The notes under the pieces: model-generated
What the model saw: the letters and a program-made list of their open reading frames with translations, nothing else
Told to the model about the DNA's origin: nothing
The model's database searches: none
In this document: one piece after another, positions 1-12,573 of the stretch
Layout: every line of letters begins with the position of its first letter
Position numbering within the stretch: the stretch's first letter is position 1
DNA from: Glycera tridactyla
Taxonomy: Eukaryota
Reading direction: 5' to 3'
DNA: 64,000 nucleotides
Assembly: GCA_965644265.1 (NCBI GenBank)
Contig: OZ286460.1
Span: 111,352,001-111,416,000 of the forward strand
Made by a program: the position numbers and the translations under genes

Positions 1-2581
1 CCCTTTAAATTACCACTTCTCCACTGTAAATCGACGACCATTCTTCTTTTTGAAGAAATTTCTTGTTTAGATTTAGACTAAGCTTATTCCTTATAAGCCA
101 TTTATTTGCCAGATGCAATGAATTTTTAATTTTTAATTCCAGCGCCTCAGGGTCAGAGTCAGACACGGCTTGCCATTTCGAACCACATGGTCAATACATC
201 ACCTATTTTCACTCGGGTTTCAACACAAATTTCACCAAGATGAGGCAACTGTGCATCACAATCTACTGTCAGTTATCACAAACATGATCATAATATCTAA
301 CTTCAGACAGATATAATTGGCTCCAATCTCTTTGATACCTACTCTTAAGCCTGATGTGTCTTGATAACTTCTCTCCTGTTGTTGATACATCCTCATGCAA
401 TCCAGCAAGGCAGACTCAACTGCCCAAATGAATGCATGAGCAACACCATGTGCCAGAGCCACTGAACTTGTGTTTCCACTGGCAGTCAATAGATGGCGTT
501 TCAGCTTGCGAAAAGGCTCAGTTCAGGCTGACTTATGGCAAGCCATATCTGGCTTGGGAATAGCAGCCAGAAATGGGCCATTTGAGGCACTAAATGGCAA
601 ACCATGAGCCATTTCTGCCATATCTTGCCAGAATAAAACCTGAAATTGCCCATTTCGGTCATGTTTACTGGGATGATCCTACCCATGGTCATTGCATCTG
701 CATCCCAATACGGCCCAGATGGTGTTCACATGACGAAAACAACAAAAGAACCAAACAACCAAGCAAATCTAGTGGTGCTTGTTGAGGGAAGTGTTCTGGA
801 AAAGGAGGGTTTTAACATGTCATCACGATTGAGTACGACATCATAACCAGCGAAGGGACTTACCGGCAGGTTGAAGGTTTGACCACGCATGTGGGTGGTG
901 TTCTGCTCCCGTCCGTCGGCGTGTCAGTATGTGTGTCAGAACGCCGACCTCGTTCCATATAAATTGTCTGTAATTACCGGTCTTTGGAACGTATTTGTCC
1001 ATCACATCAACGTGGCGGCAGCATTTCCTGTCTCTACCAACATCAGCCAAACGTTAACTCTTCGTCCAATCAGTTTGTTTGGATTTAACGCCCTTCCAAC
1101 CTTCTTGGATTGTGTCGGACTGTGCCGGGGGCAATCCACAGCTTTTTGTGAAGGACACCAGTGGTGCACACGAAAATGATTCCCATGCACATGGCCGGTT
1201 ATGAGAAACCAGTCAGCATGCACTGGGTTTTAAGTAGTGATGCGACGACTATCCGATCATATTGATCATGGCATCGCGGAGAGGTCCGATTCGATTAATC
1301 GATCATGCAGATTGACAATCTATTAAGTTATTGTACCTGAATATAGATACAAAGTTGTGATTTTGCTGTAACTTTTGGGTATCTTGGAAGTCGATAATCA
1401 ATCGCTGCCGAGTCCGATTAATCGATCATCACTTCAGCAATCGAATAAGTATCTCTGTTATATCAGGGTATTGCGGTGGCATTGACTAGAGTTCTATTCA
1501 CTCGGGCAGGAGTTATAACAACAGTGAACGGCCGTACCGGTTTCAATGCTTAATTGCAACATTGTGTCAAGCTTTAAGTGTCTGACACTAGTTTCATACT
1601 AATGTTCTATGTTCTACACATAGGTAAAGGTTTGTCGGCCATCCCCAATCAATACCATTGTCCCTCCCCATCATCTCGTGTTGATGCTGTGTGATATAGT
1701 GCTTGCAGAGAGCTAGGTAGTATCTACTAGATAGGGTGGTTGGTAGATTAGGTTGTAGTGCTACCATCGTCGAGTGACACCAGTTGGACTACATTGAGAC
1801 TTACATGTGTGAGGCCTGATATCAATAAACCAGGCAACCAAAGATCATATGTGTATCATATATGCATCATCAGTTGAATGGATCGTAATATCCCACTACC
1901 CAACTCCATCCAGGTGTCAATGGCTACCTTCCAGTGAAATCGAGTGCACAGGAGATGGTCCATATGCCGATTCTGTTCTGGTCTGTATACTCATCAAGAG
2001 TGATGTGGAAAGTTCAAGCTTTTGCACGACTTCCGGAAGATGCTATTTCCGTTATCGAAATTGAGAAAATGGGCAATTAGAGCAATTCAACCCATTAAAA
2101 ATTCAGGAAATCGGCTATTAACTCAATTTAACCCTGTGGTCACCTCGATCTGGGACTGATAACCTGACTTAAGCCAAAATAGGTACATATACCTCATATC
2201 TATACAGTCAGGACCTCATGATATCCCATGGCAGGATCAGATAGGCTATATCATGTTTTTCTTGGCTTACTTCGACCACGGACCTACATTGTGATACGTC
2301 CGTGCATGGTACGATCACGAAATGTCAACTTCATAACATCTTTACAAATATGGGTGCCTATGCTCACAGTACAATGCCTGTAACACAGAACTGGTGTACC
2401 TGGTACCCAGTTTTTGCATAGCAATATCTGGCAGAGGCAAACTGTCAGCCATCTACAACTGAGACCGATTCACTGAAGAAATAAGAACGAGCATCGAGGA
2501 ATGGAAAAGTAGTGAAGAAGAAGAAACCCAGAGAGAGTGCAATTTTGGTAGGTGATGTTGGTTTTCTGATGGTGGTGGTAA

Positions 2582-2790
2582 TTTGTTTGTCTGTTAAGGT
2601 TTAACGTCTATCCAATCTCCTTTAGGTTATACCAGACTGGAAAACTAAACTGAAATTGTTGAAGAAAAGAAGGACCACTCCATGGACAGTCCGTCCCTAC
2701 TCTTTGCGAAGGGCAGTAGTGGTTCTTTTATGTGCACACGGGAATAGATTCCCTTATACAAACGGCCGGCCTTTGATATCCCAGTCGGCA
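2582..2790 (-). mobile_element. Degenerate SINE fragment, possibly with a Nin/Deu-like central core
   Basis: Minus strand reads ...AAAGAACCACTACTGCCCTTCGCAAAGAGTAGGG..., resembling (from memory) the AAAGAACC...TTCGAAAAGAGTAGGG core of metazoan conserved-domain SINEs. It ends in an (AAAC)-like tail at 2582-2592. Confidence 0.45.
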
Positions 2791-2934
2791 TGCACTGAGT
2801 TGTAATGATCTTGGTGAGATGGGGAAAAATGCGTCAATTGATGTGACACATTCTTTTAACAAAATATCATGTGAATGACCTTGGATATAGGTCAGATATA
2901 GCTTAGATTCTTAATTCTTCTATACATAAGCAAA

Positions 2935-3013
2935 TCGATGGCTCAGCGCAATACTAGGCTAACTCTATACTTTGTCTATAGTGAGTTAGCCTAGTATTGC
3001 GCTGAGCCATCGA
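2935..3013. repeat. Hairpin with perfect 31-bp arms and a 17-nt spacer
   Basis: TCGATGGCTCAGCGCAATACTAGGCTAACTC (2935-2965) is the exact reverse complement of 2983-3013. Confidence 0.95.
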
Positions 3014-3316
3014 AATGATAACATCTCTTGGGGGTCAGTCTATGCTCTTCTCAAGTGAATGAGATGGCCCTGGTGTGAGAAACTGACTAGAGTGATACTC
3101 ATGCCGCGACGGCGTTCATTGAAAATGGCATTGCGCAATAAGTTCATAAAGGTCAATATTACATTAGGAGGAACCGATCCATTTCGGTCATACACGTCGT
3201 GGCGGTCAACATCGCTGTCAGTGTCAACAGGCGGATCGACGCCCTGCACGAGTACATGCTGACAGCGGCAACCTGCGCCTACAATTAGCAGGTGCTAAAA
3301 CAGGTCAGAAAGGTGT

Positions 3317-3384
3317 TGTCAGGCACCATCTATATACGACTGCACCGTTTATAAACGGTGCAGTCGTATAGATGGTGCCCGACA
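3317..3384. repeat. Near-perfect loopless palindrome, about 68 bp
   Basis: TGTC-A-GGCACCATCTATATACGACTGCACCGTTTA|TAAACGGTGCAGTCGTATAGATGGTGCC-C-GACA. One TA indel and one mismatch; centre at 3351/3352. Confidence 0.93.
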
Positions 3385-4194
3385 GTGTGCCTCATGCAAT
3401 TTCTATCACGCAGACATCGTAAGGTGGAATCTCTTCAAGATACCTGCTAACATTTTACTGGCATGAATCCAATGCACAGTGCCTCTCCCCATCACGTGTT
3501 TTTGGCTCACCTTGATCTTGGACCTCCTTTATTCTTTCTCTCTCAACCATCCACGTTCTGGAATACAATAGGTCTGATCAAAAATAGGCAGGGCGTCAGT
3601 TACCATCTGCCATCGTTATTTTGGGGCTGTTTATCAGCAACCATAAATTGGGCACTTCGCCCATAATTCCACGGAATTGTTTTCGAAACCAAGGTCAGTC
3701 GACATAACTAACAATTGAAATTTTTGGTCAGTATTTGCTTTACTAATCTTTGTCCAGCAAGTTGAAGCTCCCGTCCACCAGTGTAGAGTACTGATCACTT
3801 TCAACACCCACATAGTTGTGGCCAGTCATGGGAGCAGCGGTGTTGACACGTTGGCGAGGACCCAAAGAAAATGTTCTACTGTCACTCCTTTTCCAGGAAT
3901 GAACTTAGTCAGTTTGTGATATGAATTCGACTGTGATATGAACACATTTTCTCGACCTGCTGGACTCGACACCCTGTTAATGCATTGGTGCTGCGTTCGT
4001 GGATATTGAAAAAAAAATGATGGAATAAAACAATGATTGGGATTAGTTTGTTCAATCTTGCGTTTGGTGTCGATGACCCTTTGATGCATTGATTGTGATG
4101 GAGACCACAAACACGAACTTCATTCCTATCTTGGGTCAAGAACCTTGATGAAAAATGGCTAGGAAATTAACGCGGGAAAGCCAGGCACCAGCCT

Positions 4195-4399
4195 ATAACC
4201 ACGTGATCCGGATTTCCCGCCTTTTTGACACGAGCGACGCTTGTCTGTGATTGGCTGGCAGCGGAAGATTATGTCATCATTACGGCGGCAATCGTAAACA
4301 TCAACACGATGACAGCATTGCTGTAACGCACATCAGTTCTACAAGAGTTCGCTGATTACAAAGTTTTCGAGTACGCATCTATAAGCAGATAAGGTATGT
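4195..4399 (+). promoter_or_regulatory. Candidate promoter and non-coding first exon ending at a splice donor
   Basis: CpG-rich patch with E-box CACGTG (4200-4205), inverted CCAAT box GATTGGCT (4249-4256), ETS-like GCGGAAG (4261-4267) and donor AAG|GTATGT (intron would start at 4394). The ATGs in it hit stops within a few codons. Confidence 0.3.
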
Positions 4400-4776
4400 A
4401 AATCACACCAACATAAATATCTTTCTAATCTGTGTGCGGGGACGCATTCAGGAGTGAGTATTCGCGTGTGATTAGAATAATTGCGTGCGTGTTTTCTCGA
4501 CGAGCCAGACTCGGGAAATTCCAGATCACTTGTGTCCCGTGTGATGACTTCTGCCGAGCTGCAAGAGACATCAGCCTCGAGATCAAAAGTAGTTGACGTC
4601 GTATGGCCGTTTAGAATGCCAGTGCAAATGATTCCGGCACTTCTTGCTAATTTTCTCTAACCTGCCGACATGTGGGCTGAACGAGCTGATTTGAAACACG
4701 GCGGGAAGAGTTTAAGTCGATATTAGGGGAGGGGCATGAGTTGCCGATCTGATCATGAGCGGTGGCCCTGCGTGGC

Positions 4777-5372
4777 CGAGCCCCGTGGCCTGCGTGCCTG
4801 GGCATGTCGGGCATCATCGGGGTGTCTTGTGCGGTATCAGGACGACCGACCGACTCGCCAACCGACCGCCGCTTTTCGTTGGTCAACCGACCGACATCAC
4901 CAAACACGCTAGTCAACTTTGATGCTGGATATTTCAGCAACTGCTTGACATACAATGGAGGCGAACATGGGATTGTAAAGAACACAACTGACAGAGTTTC
5001 CGATCTAAGTTTCATAATTTTTCAATGTGTTTATCACCTCCAAATATGAGTGCAAAGTAACGATTTCACGGCAAACTTTCGCCATTGCGGCGGCGATCTC
5101 CCAGTGATCGATTCCCACACAGAAAGCTGCCATTTGTCATATTTATAACACAAAATGTGTGCAAACGATTGTTTTCTTACATGATATGATGGTTAATGGT
5201 GAAAGTTGATGTATTTATGGCTGTATATCGACCAGGATTCGGGGTTGAGTGGCGGTCGGTTGACTGGCGAAAAGCGGCGGTCGGTTGGCGAGTCGGTCGG
5301 TTGACATGTAATCTCTTGTGCCAGGGTGATGCCCTGGATCACATGACACTGAGCGACTGCACGTGGGGCTCG
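4777..5372. mobile_element. Foldback/MITE-like element with long inverted arms
   Basis: 49-bp inverted repeat at 4845-4893 and 5253-5301 (46/49 identical). Weaker outer inverted matches extend to CGAGCCCC (4777-4784) and GGGGCTCG (5365-5372). No TSD found. Confidence 0.55.
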
Positions 5373-5455
5373 ATATTGCCATGCATTCACCATCAGTGTG
5401 TCAATTACACCATACCATTTGATTCCCATGTTAATTAAACCACGGCACATTGATC

Positions 5456-5814
5456 CAGTCTTCACGAAAAACTTTTTCAGCCACTCTCCCATCGGGAGAG
5501 CAGGTCGGCAGAATCACTCTCCCGAAAATGAATTCACTCTCCCGAATTTGTGCAAGTCCCACTAATATATTTTCCTGAGGTTAGATCTTCAGAATCATAC
5601 ACGTGCAGGCAAATGCAAAGCCTACTCACAGGGACTAGGGATTATTGTTGGTGTAATCAAAATTGTGGTGTTCTGTCTTTACAGAAAATCCATGACTCTC
5701 ACATCACCTGAAAATTTTCCACTCTCCCATCAGGAGAGTGAGTTGGAAGTTTCACTCTCCCGAAATCAAATTCACTCTCCATGGGATTCAGGAGAGTGCT
5801 AAATTCAAAGACTG
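5456..5814. mobile_element. hAT-like MITE with CAGTCTT...AAGACTG ends and a 6-bp TSD
   Basis: Inverted termini CAGTCTT. TTGATC lies immediately on both sides (5450-5455, 5815-5820). Internal CACTCTCC(C) motif repeated several times in both orientations. Confidence 0.7.
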
Positions 5815-6278
5815 TTGATCAAATAGTATCGGAGTGGTTATACAGGTTCCGGTAGCGTCACCATGTGCTCGGATATGCTCGTGGTAGCGTCACCGTGTGC
5901 TCGGGTATGCTTGAGCAAAGAAGTACATGTATATCTATCGATCTGATAAGTTTCGGCAAGTTTAATCATTGATATCTGTATCAAAAACGAACTTATTCAA
6001 CAAATTGAAGTATGTACATGTGTTATTACCGAAGCACACAGATACGACGGCTCAGAGATGTATAGCTACGCACAGATAGTAAATGCCTGTCAATCATGCT
6101 CTTTGGCCACGCCCACTTCGAAAAAGTAGTGCCTCTTGTTCGCACCTCATTACCAGGTTTCATGGAGAAATACCAAACATACTCTTGGAACGATCATCTA
6201 TATTGATTCCTCGACATCCGTCTGTCTTATCTGTATGCATAAATCTCGAAATAGTAAATGCCTGTCAACTCCTGATTT

Positions 6279-6678
6279 CTGATTGGCTGGTTTTACACAC
6301 TCTATTTACAACTTCATTCATGAATCGGCGCATTGATACATGAAACCTGGTAATGAGTTTCGAAGAAGAAGCACTACTTTATGCCCCTATGGACCATCAT
6401 ATCAACCGAAACACAGATTTTTTGAGATTTATACATGGAGATAAGGCAAANNNNNNNNNNNNNNNNNNNNNNNNNNNNNNNNNNNNNNNNNNNNNNNNNN
6501 NNNNNNNNNNNNNNNNNNNNNNNNNNNNNNNNNNNNNNNNNNNNNNNNNNNNNNNNNNNNNNNNNNNNNNNNNNNNNNNNNNNNNNNGTTCAGTCATGTG
6601 ACACGATTTGGCGAAAGTAGTCCCGGCTCCGATTCATGAATGGAGTTGTAGGCAGTGTGTGTGAAACCAGCCAATCAG
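6279..6678. repeat. Inverted repeat (~50 bp arms) flanking an N-run
   Basis: CTGATTGGCTGGTTTTACACAC...CATTCATGAATCGG (6279-6328) matches the reverse complement of 6629-6678 with several mismatches. Confidence 0.7.
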
Positions 6679-8161
6679 GAATTTAGCATGAATGACGGCG
6701 ATTTAACGAACTTCTTGCGAACGCTTCTGTTTGTGATGGAATGTGGCCATAATGGTACAAGACAAATCCAATGGTGGCTCGCTCATGACTCACTGCCCCA
6801 TATTTCTGAAGGAGGGCTCGTCAATACCCCCATCCATCTGTCTGTCTGTTTCCCCCCTTTCTCTCTCTNNNNNNNNNNNNNNNNNNNNNNNNNNNNNNNN
6901 NNNNNNNNNNNNNNNNNNNNNNNNNNNNNNNNNNNNNNNNNNNNNNNNNNNNNNNNNNNNNNNNNNNNNNNNNNNNNNNNNNNNNNNNNNNNNNNNNNNN
7001 NNNNNNNNNNNNNNNNNNNNNNNNNNNNNNNNNNNNNNNNNGGAGATCTCTCGGCGCCCCTGGGCGTTCTTGTTCATGTATGTAATATTCTGCCACATGC
7101 TTGAACGTTTGCCATCCTGTGTGTTGGTCTTGTGGAGTCGTGTACTACATGCTCGCATCCATGATGGGAATAGGTGATGTGTATTTGAAATTCTCTGCCT
7201 TTTTGCTTGAGATACAGAATGAACAGAACTCCTTAGTTGCAGCCTCTTAGGTTCTCCACCATCATGTGTTCACGTTTTGTAAGTGTGATGTCTGCAGGGA
7301 AAAGAACATCTAGCTTTTATTAACCAGAAACGCATGGCATACATAACCCCAGGTTTGATGCATGCCATTGAACCTCGAACAAACAATCAACATTTGAAAT
7401 TGCACTTTATTATCAAACTGAAAATTATTATGTGGCAAATCTTTTGCCACTATCAGAGGGATTAGGAGTAGGGCATCTGGCATATTTATTCCATGCTGTT
7501 ATTTAGCCTGCTATGTGCAATCGCATACGCTCCCAGGGCCAATTTACGCAAAACTTGAATTCTTTCATCGTGTTTTCCAGACTAATGGTTTCGACCATTT
7601 TTTCCCCCAGCTTTAGCTTCAAACGGAGTTCTGTATTTTACCTGGTTGAGCTCATGACAAGCTTGAGTTACAGGCATTCTGAGTAGGTTTTCCAGGCATA
7701 CTGGGACCTGCTCGTGGGTGTCATCTTACACCCCTGCTCCGATTTACCAATACTGTACATTTGTGTTGTATGCATAGAAGTGGAGATGTGTACCATTGAT
7801 TATACGGTTCAACATTTTTTGGGGAATGTCATGCTGATGCGCCATGTATATGTTGTTGCATGTGTTGTGTTTTCTTGTGTTCGAGGTTTTATGTTATTAA
7901 AGTTTTGAAATTGATCTTGCTTCCCTGCTGTTACTTACCTGTGGATGCTGGCCTTGTCTTCCATGTGAGGGTTGTGGACTTGGGTGCTCCTAACTTGGGG
8001 GGGGGGGGGGGGGGGGGGGAATTTGACACATTTCATGGACCTGTTGCCAGTGCATCATGTCACTGACATAAAATTAATAAATAAAGTGTGTGTTTGACAA
8101 CATTTCATGGACATGTTGCCCATGCATCATGTCGCTGACATGAAATGAATCCAAAAAAGTA

Positions 8162-8323
8162 CAGTGAAACCTGTCTTGGGAGACAACCCTCCAATGGGAG
8201 ACCACACTTTATTGGATTTTCTCTATTTGATATAGTCAAATATACCTCCAATGAGAGACCACCTGTCTTGAGAGACCGCTTTCGGTTGGCGTTTGGGGCG
8301 GTCTCCCAAAACAGGTTTTACTG
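8162..8323. mobile_element. Tc1/mariner-type MITE, subfamily A (CCTGTCTTGGGAGAC). Other copies: 20881-21058, ~29060-29234, 53053-53230; looser relative 30773-30930
   Basis: TA|CAGTGAAACCTGT...ACAGGTTTTACTG|TA termini with TA duplication. Shared internal GAGACCACC/GGTGGTCTC repeats and a GTCAAATATACCTCCAATGAG core in the four main copies. Confidence 0.85.
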
Positions 8324-8439
8324 TATTACCATACCTACTTGCCCAGAGTACATTTCAGTGATATTTATACACTTTGAATAAGTGGGGCATGAACATTAAG
8401 TGTTTGGGCGAGGATGATGGCCATTGTGGGGTTGGATGG

Positions 8440-8845
8440 GTTGGATTGATTGATTGAGTAGGGCTTAACATCTCTTCAACCCAGGCAGGATTATTTGAGA
8501 CTGAGGGATGAGTGGGAAGAGTTGATTTTCACTTACCTCATGAGTATTCTACCCAAGGAGAGGATACACCTGCTCAACTCTCAACATCATCATTCACATT
8601 TTGTAGGTTTTCCGTGCCTGAAGTATGACAGCATGTATTTATTCATTGATGGATGGAGAGCAGATTAACAGAGGTTGATTTGTTGCACAGGACATAAATG
8701 GCTCACATGCTATTGAAGTGCCCTCTGGTGGATGAGATCACATCATGTAGTGTGGGAGTTGGCCAGTAGATGGCACTTAGCTGGTTGCATCTAGGTGCCT
8801 ACCACTCCCGCTTGAGACCTGGGACCTCCCGCACCAATAAGCAGG
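8440..8845 (-). mobile_element. Old tRNA-derived SINE
   Basis: Minus strand starts with a tRNA-like B-box region (GTGCGGGAGGTCCCAGGTCTCAAGCGGG, ~8805-8832) and ends in a (CAAT)n tail (plus strand GATTGATTGATTG, ~8445-8457). Confidence 0.5.
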
Positions 8846-9264
8846 TTATCATGATACATGTATTGGAGAATCACTATGTGCCAGTGGCCAAGTTGGATAG
8901 TATACACAGATTTGTTCAAATTTCTAGTCTAATGTCATGCTATCATTGTTTTTGAACCCCTACAGTTGTATTATTTTCATGTGATGGTCTGAAATTTCTG
9001 ATAACTCCAATCAGTGCCAGGATTTTGAGAGAGGAGAGGAAATAGATTGCAGATTCTCCCGGTTAGTGGATGGATGGATGGTCATCTTCAAGGTTAGATG
9101 GGTGGAGTTACTGAGATAGCAGTCTGCCTGAATGTTCTCCGCCGATTCAATGTTTGTTGTATGATATGAGGTATCAATGATTCTGGAACACACAGCTTCT
9201 CACAGTTGAGAGAATACTGGTGAGGTCTGAGTATCAGTCCCATGCAGTCAAAAATTAAGGAATA

Positions 9265-9442
9265 CAGTCAAACTTGTCCTAAGCATGAAGCCACGGGACA
9301 TGAACAATCTGTGTGCTTAGAGCAAGTTCATGCTCAGTACAGGTCAATTATGGTGAAAAATACTCTGATGGGATGAACAAAAACCTGTTGTTTAGGGCAA
9401 GTTCTTGCTTAGTACAAGTCTTGCTTAGGACAAGTTTGACTG
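9265..9442. mobile_element. Tc1/mariner-type MITE, subfamily D. Relatives at 57233-57406 and ~54760-54923
   Basis: TA|CAGTCAAACTTGTCCTAAGCA...TGCTTAGGACAAGTTTGACTG|TA; 178 bp; internal CAGGTCAATTATGGTGA motif. Confidence 0.8.
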
Positions 9443-11494
9443 TACTTTCAACACCTGAATGATTCCCACCCTGGCTTTGAAAAACTGCTCTAGTGCCATG
9501 AGGACGAGATATCTGTGGTCGGGCATGTGAATTACCATCATTGTCATCTTCATTTGTACTTATGCCAACAAAGTTTGAGTGCACTGAAAACTTTGGGAAA
9601 TTAAGAGGGAATCTCACCCCCGTTACCCCTAGAAATCAGTTGAAACTCTGCAATTACTATTGCAATATGCTGAATCTCCTGTGAAGTAGCTTGTCCAATC
9701 GCCACTGGATGAGTTCAAAGCTAAAACTGAGATTGCGGCACAAGACATGCTGCTCAAGAGATGTGAATTTCTACATGATGCATGCATGCATGTATGAAGA
9801 GATGAAACTGAATACCAGCGTTGATGAGAGATGAAGTCCTGATGGAAGATGATCACTGGTCATTTCTCTTGATTATAGAAAGATCTGCGTGGAACAAGTT
9901 CACTTCAACTATGTATGAAGAGACCCAGCTTCGAGTTCAGTATTGCTGACTTGAGTGCAGAAAGGTTATATGATAAAAAAATTGTTTACTTACTTTAATG
10001 GGAACCACATGTTCTGTTTTTTTTTCATACCTCATGACTAAATCATTTAGGTTGGAGTGCATTGACGTTGATCATGTTCTGACAGAGGCTTCTGAGTTGG
10101 CTTGCATTCACTCTTCTCCTTCCAGCTGCTGAATGCAAGTTTCAATTACAGATGTAACAAGATGCTGAAATAGGATAGGTCTAACCATTATGGGTGTGGT
10201 CTGGGGAAGAGGGCTGTTTTCTTATATATATATCCAGCAGTATTGTATTATTTGTCAGAATTGCGCTCTCGTATCGACCAATCCATGATATCTACTGTAC
10301 ATGATGGAGCTGGAGGACATTTCATGGCTTTCATATAAAGTTCACTCAGATCTTATTCAATTGGAAGAATTATATCCATGAAGACATCAGATGTACTCAG
10401 TTTCAAAATGAATGATTGAAGTTCACTGTGGCCGATTCATTGAATTCTCCTTACCACCATTTGCCAGCTGTTGTATAATGTATTACTCGATTGATTGAAA
10501 ATTCTGGATAGGAAATGCCCTCTTTGGATTCTAACTGTAGCTGTCATTAATGGTGTATATGCATTTTTATTAATCTTGAGATTAGTCTTCTGATAGATGC
10601 TAACATAGTATTTTGATCATTACCCCATTCATGATTTATATGAATGAGATATAGTTGAGCACCCCATGCTTGACCTGTACCTGCGTAGCATCCTTGTATC
10701 ATATCTTGGCATCATCTGCACTGTTCAGATATATGCATCCAGTGTCATCACCTGTTCTATTATGATCTAATAGGCGTCATCATGGATCTGTGAATTATTC
10801 TAAAATGGTTATAAAAAATCTTGTGATAGTAAAATTCTCAGTATTGGTTGCAGTGGGTGTCAGTCGACTCGATTCTCTATATAATATTATATTCTCAAAT
10901 AATCCAGCTAGTCATACAGTTATGTTTTGTTATATCCTCAAATAAACTAGCTAGTCATACAGTTATGTTTTGTGATTGGAGACCTCACTAAACTACTTTA
11001 TGGATGTTGGTCAATTGATAATGAAAGTGTGAAAAGTTTATCATATCCACACATATGTCCTTCTGGATTCTTCGTTGTATGTTTGCAAACTTCGCAGATG
11101 TGTGAGTCATGCTCTGAGTGTGTTGCCCACGAGCACTGAATAACTTTTCTGCTCTCTCGATTCATGGAGCCTAGGGACAATGTATGTCACTCATTGGGGG
11201 GGGGGGGGGGGGGGGGGTTAGTGATGGGATGGTTTAGTTTGTAAACATTGTGGATACCTTTGTGAACTGTTGCATCATACCTGGTTGTGGAGGACCTGGA
11301 GTAACCATGCTCCAAAATATCACTTGTATTTCCTGGTGCCATGTACAAACAACATGATATCCAACATCCATAAACACAGTACATGATTTTCTTTGTATTT
11401 TACTTGCAGAATTTCCTTGAATGTAACATCTTTGAATTATTCATTTTCTCAAAATGAAAGTTCTTGGTGCCTCCTGTTAGAACGAATGATACTA

Positions 11495-11795
11495 TTTGGC
11501 TCAGGCTTCAAACGTGTCCTTTAGTGCATGCTTCAAACATGTCCATTGGTTCAGGCTTCAAATGTGTCCTTTGGCAAGACTTCAAATGTGACCTTGGGTT
11601 GAGGCTTCAAATATGGCCTTGGGTTGAGACTCCAAATGCCTCCTTTGGTTAAGCTTAAATGTGTCTTTTGGCTAAGAGCTCAAATGTGTCTTTTGGCTAA
11701 GGGCTCAAATGTGTCTTTTGGTTAGGAGCTCAAATGTGTCTTTTGGCTAAGAGCTCAAATGTGTCTTTTGGTTAAGGGTTTAAATGTGTCCTCTG
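11495..11795. repeat. 25-bp minisatellite, about 12 copies
   Basis: Unit GCTCAAATGTGTCTTTTGGCTAAGA, more degenerate toward the left. Confidence 0.9.
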
Positions 11796-12353
11796 GATGA
11801 GGATGAGGCAGTATTTTAGCAGTCCTTGGCTGCCTACAGGTCATGATTGGTGCTAATGGCATATGTGCAGGTGCCAGATTTTCTTCAGCAACACCATGGA
11901 ATCTTAGCATTTTAATGTATGTAATACCCAGCGTATGGTTAAAACATTTTCCAACCCCCCTTTTTTTTGGTTTACTCTCAACTCATGAAATGAATGATTC
12001 ACTTGCAGTTTTACTTTAACTATCATCGGTTACTAAACCATTATATCCTAGTCCCCTCTGAGTGTATAAGAATAGAGAGGGAATGCTTATAGAACTGGAG
12101 TTGCTTCACTCTTCATTGTAACATGGCTCCCTGGTGGCAGTATTTCATGGCGAGCTTCTGCTGGTGTCATGCATCATTGGCTTTGCTGGAGTCAATCATT
12201 TATGTTTATAGATGAAAAAAGTTGCTCTACAATTTGCATATTATTTGGAGTGACATATCTTGTTTTGAGCTGTTAGTTATTCTACCACTAATAGATACTT
12301 AATACCATAATACTATCAGAAATTAGGGTATACAGATAGCTGATGAGTGCCTA

Positions 12354-12529
12354 CAGTAAAACCTGTCTATAATGAAAAGTCACGGGCCAGATTTTTCTTT
12401 TCACTGTAGACAGGATTTCACTATACACAGGTCAATTATAGTGAAAAAAAAACGTTTGGGCCAGATTTTTCTTTTCACTGTAGACTGGATTTCACTGTGG
12501 ACAGGATTTCACTATAGCAGGTTTTACTG
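12354..12529. mobile_element. Tc1/mariner-type MITE, subfamily C (TTCACTGTAGACAGG)
   Basis: TA|CAGTAAAACCTG...CAGGTTTTACTG|TA; 176 bp; same ends as the long copy at 46108-47250. Confidence 0.85.
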
Positions 12530-12573
12530 TATTTGTGGGGACATTTTACTGTACATATGATCAGAAATCATTC

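Noticed and set aside
841-1223. CpG-rich segment with overlapping ORFs (…DKYVPKTGNYRQFIWNEV…)
   Set aside because: No recognisable domain. The YRQF similarity to transposon-associated P2X7-like proteins does not extend, and no termini or TSD were found.
1234-1432. TAGTGATG...CATCACTT candidate MITE with repeated CGATTAATCGATCAT
   Set aside because: Probably a repeat, but the termini are imperfect and no TSD could be shown, so it was not called.
10670-10735. Possible reverse transcriptase remnant (minus strand ...SADDAKI*)
   Set aside because: Only a 5-residue resemblance to the YADD region, followed at once by a stop. The GVPQG-like motif I noticed lies on the wrong side.
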